Source: Myxococcota bacterium (GTDB lineage Bacteria; Myxococcota_A; Polyangia; Polyangiales; Sandaracinaceae). From it: a stretch of DNA of 64,000 nucleotides. Below, piece by piece: positions 37,861 through 46,061 of this stretch (position 1 is its first letter; every line of letters begins with the position of its first letter). The stretch spans positions 1-64,000 of the forward strand of contig JAYZQJ010000262.1 in the NCBI GenBank assembly GCA_036149055.1. Direction: 5' to 3'. Made by a program: the position numbers and the translations under genes. The notes under the pieces are model-generated. The model made no database searches and was not told the origin of the DNA. It was given only the letters and a program-made list of their open reading frames with translations.

Positions 37861-38709
37861 ATGAACCACGACCAAAACAAGAAGACGCTCCGCCAGTTCC
37901 AGTGCCGGGACTACCTGTGGGAGATCTTCGAGCAGATGAGCGCCGAGCTCGAGTGCTCGGTGGACTACCTCATCAACGAGGCGATGCGTCAGTACGCGCG
38001 CTCCCGGAACTACGGCGTGCGCACGCCCGGTCCGGGCATGGGTCCCGGACCCACGCCCGGCGCCATCCCCAGCCGGTCGGGCGGGCAGCAGCCGTCGATT
38101 CCGTCCGCGCCCCCGCCCCCGCCGCCCACCGGCGGAGGGTACGGAGGCGGCTACGGCGGAGGCGGTGGATACCCGGCGCCGCCCTCGAGCCAGCCCGCGT
38201 ACGGCGCCGGTCAGCCCGCCTACCCGCCGCCCCAGCAGCAGCGGCCGAGCAGCTACCCGCCGCCCCCGACCCAGCGGCCTCCGGCCTATCCGAGCGCGCC
38301 GCAGCCCCAGGCGATGCCGGCGCCCCCGAGCTACCCGCAGGGCGGCTTCGGCGGCCCGCCGCCTCCCTCCTCGCATCCGGGACACGCCCCGCCCCCGCTC
38401 CCCGGCGCCGGCGCGGCCCCCGGCGGGATGAGCCCGCTCTACGTGATCTTCAACGGGCAGAAGTTCCCCGTGCAGAAGGAAGAGTTCATCATCGGGCGCG
38501 GCACCAAGACCGCCGACCTGCCCATCAAGGACGGCAACATCTCGCGCCGCCACGCGGCGGTCATCTGGCAGAACGGCGGCTGGTACGTGAAGGATCTCGG
38601 CTCGACCAACGGCGTCGAGTTCCACGGTCGCAAGATCGACAGCAAGCGGATCGAAGAGGGCGACGTCTACCAGCTCTGCGACTACGAGATCCGCTTCACC
38701 TACCGCTGA
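37861..38709 (+). CDS. Ribbon-helix-helix + Pro/Gly/Tyr-rich linker + FHA domain protein
   Basis: LRQFQC..LWE.FEQMS.ELECSVDYLINEAMRQY (RHH-like); IIGR..ISRRHA..DLGSTNG (FHA). Confidence 0.88.
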   Translation: MNHDQNKKTLRQFQCRDYLWEIFEQMSAELECSVDYLINEAMRQYARSRNYGVRTPGPGMGPGPTPGAIPSRSGGQQPSIPSAPPPPPPTGGGYGGGYGGGGGYPAPPSSQPAYGAGQPAYPPPQQQRPSSYPPPPTQRPPAYPSAPQPQAMPAPPSYPQGGFGGPPPPSSHPGHAPPPLPGAGAAPGGMSPLYVIFNGQKFPVQKEEFIIGRGTKTADLPIKDGNISRRHAAVIWQNGGWYVKDLGSTNGVEFHGRKIDSKRIEEGDVYQLCDYEIRFTYR

Positions 38710-39596
38710 TGGAGGAGCGCTTCAGCACCCTCCCGAGCGGCGTCGAGATCTGCTGGGAGGAGCGCGGCGAGGGCTCGCCGATCGTGCTCGTGATGGGCAT
38801 CGGCGCCCAGCTCATCCTGTGGCCCGACGGGCTCTGCGACGCGCTCGCCGCCCGCGGCCACCGGGTCATCCGCTTCGACAACCGCGACGTCGGCCGGTCC
38901 AGTCACCTGCACCACCTCGGCGTGCCGCCGATGGGGCGCACCCTGCTCAAGGGCCTGCTCGGGCAGCGGGTCGCCGCGCCCTACGCGCTCGAGGACATGG
39001 CCCACGACCTCGCCCACCTGATGGACGCGCTCGGGCTCCCGGACGCGCACGTGGTCGGGGCGTCGATGGGCGGCATGATCGCCCAGACCTTCGCCTTCCT
39101 GCACCCCGACCGGGTGCGCTCCCTCGTCTCGATGATGAGCACCACCGGCAAGCCCGGGCTGCTCAGCGAGCCGAAGGCGCTCGGGGCGCTCTTCCAGGCG
39201 GCGCCGCGCACCAAGGACGAGGCGGTCGAGCGCAACGTGAAGCTCTTCCGCGTGATCCGCAGCACCGGGTACGACTTCGACGAGGCGTGGGTGCGCGACA
39301 CCGCGGCGGCGAGCTGGGACCGCGGCTTCAACCCGCGCGGCTTCCTGCGTCACCTCGGGGCGATCGGCGCGACCGGCGACCGCACCGCGCGGCTCCGCTT
39401 CGTGCACGCGCCGACCCTGGTCGTGCACGGGACCGTCGACCCGCTGATCCGACCGTGGGGCGGCCGGGCCACCGCCGAGGCGATCCCGGGCGCCGAGCTC
39501 TGGATGGTCGACGGCATGGGCCACGACTTCCCGCCGGGCCTCTGGGAGCCCCTCGCCGATCGCATCTCGGCGCACGCGCGCCGCGCCGAGGGTTGA
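38709..39596 (+). CDS. Alpha/beta fold hydrolase (esterase)
   Basis: RFDNRDVGRS, GASMGG, HGTVDP, GMGHD; ATG overlaps upstream TGA. Confidence 0.93.
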   Translation: MEERFSTLPSGVEICWEERGEGSPIVLVMGIGAQLILWPDGLCDALAARGHRVIRFDNRDVGRSSHLHHLGVPPMGRTLLKGLLGQRVAAPYALEDMAHDLAHLMDALGLPDAHVVGASMGGMIAQTFAFLHPDRVRSLVSMMSTTGKPGLLSEPKALGALFQAAPRTKDEAVERNVKLFRVIRSTGYDFDEAWVRDTAAASWDRGFNPRGFLRHLGAIGATGDRTARLRFVHAPTLVVHGTVDPLIRPWGGRATAEAIPGAELWMVDGMGHDFPPGLWEPLADRISAHARRAEG

Positions 39597-39642
39597 ACGC
39601 CAATTCGCGAGGGGCCAGACGCGGCGGTGATAGCGTGACCGC

Positions 39643-41325
39643 ATGACGCGTTCCCTCTGTATCGCGCTCCTGCTCGTGGCCTGCGACGGCGCGCCTCCGA
39701 CGGATCGAACCGACGCAGAGACCTCGGACCCCGACGCGAGCCCGCCGCCCGCGCGAGACGCCGGCCCGGACGCCAGCGTCGACGGAGGCCCGACGCCCGG
39801 AGAGACCGGGGTGAACGCGCGCCTGCCCGATGGGAGGCTCGGTGACGCCGAGACCACCTTCGTGCTCCCGGCGACCGACGGAGAGGGCATCTACGTGCCC
39901 GACCTCCAGGACCGCTACCCCGAGGTCGACTGGGCCAACCTGGACCGCCTCTACATCCCCGCCGGGCACTATCCCTTCATCCGCCTCGGCAACCTCCCCG
40001 ACCGCGGCTGCGGCGAGCGCCCGCTCGTGATCACCAACCAGGGCGGGCAGGTGCGGGTCGGAGGGCTCGGCCACCACTACCTCTTCGTGATCGGCGGCGG
40101 CTCCGGCTGGGTGCTCAGCGGGCGCTACGATCCGGTGTCGCAGACCGGAGACGCGGCCTTCCCGGGTCACCGCGACGACGCCTACGCCGGCAGCGCCGAC
40201 ACCTACGGCATCCTCATCGACGACGCCCACGCGGAGTCCGGCCGGAGCGGGCTCGGCGTCGGTGGGGGCGCGACCTGCTTCGAGCTGGAGTTCCTGGAGA
40301 TCCGCGGCGTCGGCTTCGCGGGCATGCTGGTCAAGACCGACGACGACGCCTCCGCGACGATGCGCGACGTCTGGATCCATGACAACTACATTCACGACGT
40401 GGTGAGCGAGGGCATGTACCTCGGCAGCACCCAGAGCCAGCCGCAGCACACCCTCGAGGGCTTCGAGGTCAGCTACAACCGCGTGCTCCGCGCCGGCACC
40501 GAGTCGATCCAGCTCGGGCAGCTCGCCGGCGACAACGAGGTGCACCACAACGTCTTCGGGCCCTCGGCCATCGACTGGCGGGACGCGTTCCAGCGCTTCC
40601 AGGACGGCAACCTCCAGATCTCGATCCGCGGCGGGGTCACCCGCGTGCACCACAACGTCTTCCTCGGCGCGGCCGGCTCGGTGGTGGGGCTCTTCGGCAA
40701 CGACGTCGCGGGCGACGCGCACGCCGAGGGCGACGGCGTGGTCTTCGAGCACAACGTCGTGAGCCACTTCCGGAACCTGGGGATCTACGGTCACTCCCGG
40801 GACGTCGCGCCGCTGACCTTCACCATCCGCGACAACCAGCTCCGCGCGCACCACTTCGACCGCGACGAGGTCTACGACGACGCCACCCCGCCCGGGCACG
40901 TGATCCGGCAGGGCACCGGCGCGACCGCCTTCGACGTCCGGGGCAACCGGTTCGACGGAGAGCGGCTCTGCAGCCCCGTGCCCGCGGCCTGCAACGGGGA
41001 GGCGACCGGCTTCGTCGGCGCCGACAACACGATGACCTCTCTCGACCCCGTCGCCTTCCGGGACAGCGGCCTGCCCGACGACTTCGACTGGCTCTCCCTC
41101 GAGCTCTGGACCGACGTCGCCTCCCTCGGCGGCGGCGCCCCGGTCACCTACCCCGCCGGCGACGTGGTCATGTACGAAGGCGCGCCTTACCTCTGCGTCG
41201 CCGATCCCTGCCCCGCCGGCGCGGTGCCCCCCGAGAGCCCGGCCGCGTGGGAGCCCCTGCCCCCCTTCCCCGACGACGTCCGCACCACCGGCGCCTTCGA
41301 GCCCTACGGCCTCGGCCCCGGCTGA
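39643..41325 (+). CDS. Lipoprotein with right-handed beta-helix and C-terminal carbohydrate-binding-like module
   Basis: ALLLVAC lipobox; IHDNYIHD, VSYNRV, VHHNVF beta-helix repeats; YPAGDVVMYEGAPYLC..W (CBM5/12-like). Confidence 0.78.
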   Translation: MTRSLCIALLLVACDGAPPTDRTDAETSDPDASPPPARDAGPDASVDGGPTPGETGVNARLPDGRLGDAETTFVLPATDGEGIYVPDLQDRYPEVDWANLDRLYIPAGHYPFIRLGNLPDRGCGERPLVITNQGGQVRVGGLGHHYLFVIGGGSGWVLSGRYDPVSQTGDAAFPGHRDDAYAGSADTYGILIDDAHAESGRSGLGVGGGATCFELEFLEIRGVGFAGMLVKTDDDASATMRDVWIHDNYIHDVVSEGMYLGSTQSQPQHTLEGFEVSYNRVLRAGTESIQLGQLAGDNEVHHNVFGPSAIDWRDAFQRFQDGNLQISIRGGVTRVHHNVFLGAAGSVVGLFGNDVAGDAHAEGDGVVFEHNVVSHFRNLGIYGHSRDVAPLTFTIRDNQLRAHHFDRDEVYDDATPPGHVIRQGTGATAFDVRGNRFDGERLCSPVPAACNGEATGFVGADNTMTSLDPVAFRDSGLPDDFDWLSLELWTDVASLGGGAPVTYPAGDVVMYEGAPYLCVADPCPAGAVPPESPAAWEPLPPFPDDVRTTGAFEPYGLGPG

Positions 41326-41344
41326 CCTCCACGAACCGAGACAT

Positions 41345-41517
41345 GGGGACGGAGTTTCCTTGTTTCCGAACGGGCTCCAAGCCCCCCGATCGTGCTGGAA
41401 TCGGGTAGTTCGCGGCCTCTCGAGCGCCCCGAGAGCCCGAGTTCGTCGAGCCGCAGCGGAAACGAGCCGTGCGATTGGGAGGCGAAGGACCTTGGGCAAC
41501 AAGGAAACTCCGTCCCC
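41345..41517. repeat. MITE/REPIN-like element with perfect 20-bp terminal inverted repeats
   Basis: GGGGACGGAGTTTCCTTGTT (41345-64) and AACAAGGAAACTCCGTCCCC (41498-517); 173 bp; intergenic. Confidence 0.8.
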
Positions 41518-41548
41518 GGGGGGCGGCGGAGCGGAGTAGGCTCGGGGC

Positions 41549-42757
41549 ATGCGGGGATGGGCGCTCGGGGCGCTGCTGCTGATCGGCTGCGGTGGAGGTG
41601 GAGACGCGGTTCGAGCCGAGGCGGCGCCGGATCGGGAGGCGGCGTGCGAGGGCGGGGACGCGGCGGCGTGCCTGGAGCTCGGGCGCGCGTACGAGACCGG
41701 CGACGGGGTGGAGACCGACGTGGCGCGGGCCCTCGCGCTCTACGAGCAAGCCTGCGAGGGCGGCGAGGGGCGCGGCTGTACGGCCGCGGGGACGCGCTAC
41801 CACACCGGCGAGGGGACCACGCGCAACCCGGCCCGAGCCCGGTCGCTCTTCGAGCGCGGCTGCGAGGCCCACGACGCGCTCGCCTGCTACGACCTCGCCG
41901 TGCTCATCGGAGGGCCCCGCGCCTCGAGCCCCGACCACGCGCGCGCCCGGACGCTCTTCGGCGAGGCCTGCGAAGGCGGCGTGCTCCCGGCGTGCAACAA
42001 CCTCGGGCTGATGCACCGCCAGGGGGTCGGCGGCGAGGCGAGCGAGACGGCCGCGGCGGCCCTCTTCGAGCGCGGCTGCGAAGGCGGCGACGCGCGCGCG
42101 TGTCACAACCTCGCCCTCGGCGTCGAGCGCGGTGGCGACCCGGGCGCGGCCGCGGCGCTGTTCGAGCGGGCCTGTGAGGCCGGGCTGGGCGCGGCGTGCG
42201 CGCGCTGGGGCGCCCTCCACGAGGAGGGCCGCGGGGTCGAGGCCGATCTCGAGCGCGCCGTCTCGATCTACACCGACGCGTGCCAGGCGGATCACGTCGA
42301 GGCCTGCGTGAACCTGGGCGCGCTGCACGCGGAGGGGCGCGGCGTCGACGCCGACCTCGAGCGCGCCCGGGCCCTCTTCGAGCGCGGCTGCGGCGACGGT
42401 CAGGTCGTCGGCTGCCGCTCCCTCGGCGAGCTCTACGAGGAGGGCCGCGGCGTGACGCGGGACTACGAGCGAGCCCGCGCGCTCTACGAGCGAGGCTGCG
42501 AGTCCGGCGACGCGAGCGCGTGCGTCGGGCTCGGCAGCCTCTACGGCACCGCCCGCGGGGTGCCGCGCGACCACGCCCGGGCCGGCGAGCTCTACCAGCG
42601 GGCGTGCACGGCCGGCTCCTCGCTCGGCTGCTTCAACCTCGCGGCCGCCTTCGCCAGCGGCACCGGCGTCGAGCGCGATCGGGCCCAGGCGAGGGCCCTG
42701 TTCGAGCGCGCCTGTCAGCTCGGCGAGGCCCGCGCCTGCCGCGTCGTCCGGCGCTGA
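41549..42757 (+). CDS. Sel1-like repeat (Cys-bridged, Hcp-type) lipoprotein
   Basis: LLLIGC lipobox; about 10 repeats of AC..LG..Y..G.GV..D..RA..LFE.AC. Confidence 0.92.
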   Translation: MRGWALGALLLIGCGGGGDAVRAEAAPDREAACEGGDAAACLELGRAYETGDGVETDVARALALYEQACEGGEGRGCTAAGTRYHTGEGTTRNPARARSLFERGCEAHDALACYDLAVLIGGPRASSPDHARARTLFGEACEGGVLPACNNLGLMHRQGVGGEASETAAAALFERGCEGGDARACHNLALGVERGGDPGAAAALFERACEAGLGAACARWGALHEEGRGVEADLERAVSIYTDACQADHVEACVNLGALHAEGRGVDADLERARALFERGCGDGQVVGCRSLGELYEEGRGVTRDYERARALYERGCESGDASACVGLGSLYGTARGVPRDHARAGELYQRACTAGSSLGCFNLAAAFASGTGVERDRAQARALFERACQLGEARACRVVRR

Positions 42758-42771
42758 GCGCGGCTCGATCC

Positions 42772-45684
42772 CTACCGCCCGCGGAGCTGCGCGTCGACGG
42801 CGCGGCGGAGGCCGCGGACCTCGAAGGGCTTCTCGATGCAGACGTTCTCGTGGCGGGCGAGGAACTCCCGCGCCGACGCGGTGAAGGCGCCGCCGGTGAG
42901 CACGATCATCGAGCGCGCCAGATCGGGCGCGAGCCGCGTGAGCTCCGCGTGGAACTCCGGGCCGCCGAGCTTCGGCATCATCAGGTCGCAGAGCACGAGA
43001 TCGAAGCGCTCCTCGCGCAGCCGGGCGAGCGCCACCTCGGGGTCCGTCTCGATCTCGACCGCGTGATCTCGCGACAGCACCCGCCGGACGGCGACGCCGA
43101 TGGAGGGCTCGTCGTCGACGACCAGGATGCGGCTGCGCGGAGGCGACGGCTCGCTCGCCGTGCGGGGGAGCGCCTCATCGCCCTCGAGCCGCGCGACGCG
43201 GAGCGCGACCGCGAACTCGGTGCCCTCCCCGCGCCGGCTCCGGACCCGGATGTCTCCCCCGACCTCGGAGACGATGCGATGGCAGATCGCGAGCCCGAGC
43301 CCGGTGCCGCCGCGGCGCTCCTTGGTCGTGTAGAACGGGGTGAAGAGCTTTCGCTGCGTCTCCTCGTCCATGCCCTCGCCGGTGTCGGAGACGCGCACGG
43401 TCACGCGCTCGCCCTCCACCGTGGCCGTGACCCGGATCACGTTCTCGTGCGCCGCGCCCTCGGCGATGGCCTGCGCGCCGTTCATCAGCAGGTTGAGGAA
43501 CACCTGCCCGAGCCGCGAGCTGGTCCCGTGCACCGCGGGGAGCGGCGGCAGCTCCATCTCCAGGCGCGCCCGGTGCCGGATCTCGTTGTGCGCCATGCGC
43601 GCGCTCGACTCGAGGACCCGCGCCAGGTCCGCGGTGGCCCCCGCGCCGGTCCCCGGGCGAGGCCGCGAGAAGGTCTTGAGGTCGCGCACGATGGCCTGGA
43701 CGCGGCGCGCCCCCTCCTGCGCGTCGGCCAGCATCTCCCCCAGCTCGCCGATGTCCTGCCCGGTCGCGATGAGGTCGTCCTCGATGAGCTCGAGGTTGGC
43801 CATCACCGCGGCGAGGGGGTTGTTGATCTCGTGCGCGACGCCGGCCGCGAGCAGCCCGAGCGACGCCATCCGGTCGGCGACGATCAGCTGCTCCTGCGCG
43901 CGGCGCTCGGCGGTGACGTCCCGGAACACCGCGACGCCCCCGATCCCGAGGCCGCTCGGCAGCTCGAGCGGCCGCGCGCTGACGCTCCACCAGGAGCCCT
44001 CGGGCGGCGTGCGCGGGTTGCGGACGTGCACCGTCTCGCGCTCCACCTGCTCGCCGCGGAGGGCGCGCGCCAGCGGGAGCTGGTCGGTGGGGAACGGCGT
44101 GACGGTGTCCTCGAGGTACAGGCCGACGACCTCGCTCCAGCGGTCGTGCCGGAGGTGCCCCTCCGAGTGATCGCCGAAGATCGCCTGGGCCGCGTGGTTG
44201 GAGTGCGTGATCGTGCCGCTGGCGTCGGCCACCACCACCGCGTCGGCGATGTTGGCGAGGATCGCCTCGAGCACCGCCGCCTGCTCCTCCGCCTGTCGAC
44301 GGGACGCGACGCTCTCGGAGAACGCCCCCGCGACCGCGAGGGCCTGGTTGATCTGCCCGGCGACCGCCTGGGCGAACTGCTGGCGATCGGCCAGCGTCAG
44401 CTGGGTGCCGTGCGAGACGGTGAGCAGCGCCCCGAGCGGCTTCTCGAGCGACCCGAGCGGCGTGAGCAGCACCTCGGAGACGCCCGCGCGCTCGAGCACC
44501 GCGCGCCCGCGCTCGGCGGACACCTCGCTGGACGGGATGACGAGCGGCTTCTGCTCGAAGACGGTCCGGTCGAGCAGCTCCGGATCGCCGAAGAAGCGCT
44601 CCAGCTCGGGCTCGTCCCACCGGGGCGACATGCCGACCCGAAGGATGCGTTTCTGGCCGTGGTCGCAGAGATAGAGCGCGCCGACCGAGATGCCCGCCGC
44701 GTCGAAGCAGGCGGCCAGCACGTGCCGCAGCGTCTCCTCGACGTCGCTGTGCTCGGTCAGGGCCTGCGCGATCCCGGTGAGCACCGAGAGCTCGGCCGAG
44801 AGCAGCGTGGCCCGCTGGGTGACCCGGGCGTTGATCGCGACCTGCCGCTCGAGCTGCGACAGCACGCGCTGGAGGTGCGCCCGGTCCAGCTCGGCCGGCT
44901 CGCGCGCGGCGGCGCTCCGGCTCTTGCCCTCCTCGAGCGCGGCCCGGAGGCGCTGCGTGACCTCGGCGAGATCGGGGGTGCGGAGCACCAGGTCCACCGC
45001 GCCGACGCCGTGCGCCAGGTCGCGATCGGCCTGCTCCACGTAGCTGTTGGTCACCAGCAGGACCGGCACCTCGCGGAGCGACGGGTCCCCGGCGACCGCG
45101 CGGCAGAGGGCGAAGCCGTCCATGCCCGGCATCAGCACGTCCGAGACGATCGCGTTCGGCGGCGCGCGCCGGGCGGCCTCGAGCGCCTCCTTGCCGTCGG
45201 TCGCGAGCTCCACGTCGAAGCCGAGCCGGCGCAGCCGGAAGCTGGCGAGCTTGCGCTGCCCCGGGTCGTCGTCGGCGAGCAGGATCCGCCGGCCGGCCCC
45301 GAACGCCTCGCGGTCGTTGCCCGCGACCGGCAGATGCGCCCGCACCGTCTGCACCAGCCGGGACGGCTCGATGGGCTTGGTCACGACGTCGTCGAAGCCG
45401 ACCGCCGAGATGCGCGCCTCGTCGGAGGCGGAGACGAGCCCGGTGAAGGCGAGCAGCGGGATCGCGGACGCCCGGGCCCGGATCTCGCGCGCCAGCGAGA
45501 AGCCGTCGCCGTCGGGGAGCACGAGGTCCAGGAGCACCAGGTCGGCGCCGCCGTCCTCCAGCGCCTCGCGCGCCGAGGCGGCGTCCCCGGCGATGCGGAC
45601 GCTCAGGCTGGCCTTCTCGAGCGTGTAGCGCACGAGCTTCTGCGTGATCGGGTTGTCCTCGACGAGGAGGACCCGGCGGCTCAT
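42772..45684 (-). CDS. Hybrid histidine kinase (REC-REC-GAF-PAS-HisKA-HATPase-REC)
   Basis: Three receiver motifs; AHEINNPL; QVFLNL; DTGEG; PFYTTK; GTGLGL. Confidence 0.95.
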   Translation of the reverse strand: MSRRVLLVEDNPITQKLVRYTLEKASLSVRIAGDAASAREALEDGGADLVLLDLVLPDGDGFSLAREIRARASAIPLLAFTGLVSASDEARISAVGFDDVVTKPIEPSRLVQTVRAHLPVAGNDREAFGAGRRILLADDDPGQRKLASFRLRRLGFDVELATDGKEALEAARRAPPNAIVSDVLMPGMDGFALCRAVAGDPSLREVPVLLVTNSYVEQADRDLAHGVGAVDLVLRTPDLAEVTQRLRAALEEGKSRSAAAREPAELDRAHLQRVLSQLERQVAINARVTQRATLLSAELSVLTGIAQALTEHSDVEETLRHVLAACFDAAGISVGALYLCDHGQKRILRVGMSPRWDEPELERFFGDPELLDRTVFEQKPLVIPSSEVSAERGRAVLERAGVSEVLLTPLGSLEKPLGALLTVSHGTQLTLADRQQFAQAVAGQINQALAVAGAFSESVASRRQAEEQAAVLEAILANIADAVVVADASGTITHSNHAAQAIFGDHSEGHLRHDRWSEVVGLYLEDTVTPFPTDQLPLARALRGEQVERETVHVRNPRTPPEGSWWSVSARPLELPSGLGIGGVAVFRDVTAERRAQEQLIVADRMASLGLLAAGVAHEINNPLAAVMANLELIEDDLIATGQDIGELGEMLADAQEGARRVQAIVRDLKTFSRPRPGTGAGATADLARVLESSARMAHNEIRHRARLEMELPPLPAVHGTSSRLGQVFLNLLMNGAQAIAEGAAHENVIRVTATVEGERVTVRVSDTGEGMDEETQRKLFTPFYTTKERRGGTGLGLAICHRIVSEVGGDIRVRSRRGEGTEFAVALRVARLEGDEALPRTASEPSPPRSRILVVDDEPSIGVAVRRVLSRDHAVEIETDPEVALARLREERFDLVLCDLMMPKLGGPEFHAELTRLAPDLARSMIVLTGGAFTASAREFLARHENVCIEKPFEVRGLRRAVDAQLRGR

Positions 45685-46061
45685 CGCGCCGCCTCCGCGA
45701 TCCGCGCCAGGTCGTCGGCGAAGGTGCGGGTGTCGATGGGCTTGGTGATGTAGCCGTCGCAGCCGGCCGCGAGCGCGCGCTCGGCGTCGCCCTTCATCGC
45801 GTAGGCGGTCACCGCGACGATGACCACCTGGCGCGTCTCCTCGTCGGCGCGGAGGGCCCGGGTGAACGCCAGTCCGTCCTCCTCCGGCATCTGGAGATCC
45901 ATCACGACGACGTGGGGATCGAAGCGCGCCAGGACCTCCCGGGCCGCCGCCGCGCTCTCCGCCGCCTCGACCTCGCAGCCGCGCGAGGTGAGCACGTAGG
46001 TCACCAGCTTGGCGTTGACGACGCTGTCGTCGACCACGAGCACGCGGGTCCCCGCCTTCAA
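45681..46061 (-). CDS. Single-domain response regulator (DivK-like)
   Basis: VLVVDD, MDLQMP, VTAYAMKGD, YITKPID; TTG start overlaps upstream TGA. Confidence 0.9.
   Translation of the reverse strand: MKAGTRVLVVDDSVVNAKLVTYVLTSRGCEVEAAESAAAAREVLARFDPHVVVMDLQMPEEDGLAFTRALRADEETRQVVIVAVTAYAMKGDAERALAAGCDGYITKPIDTRTFADDLARIAEAAR

Noticed and set aside
41549..42757. Repetitive DNA in the Sel1 gene as a mobile or array element
   Set aside because: Ordinary 36-aa Sel1-like protein repeats
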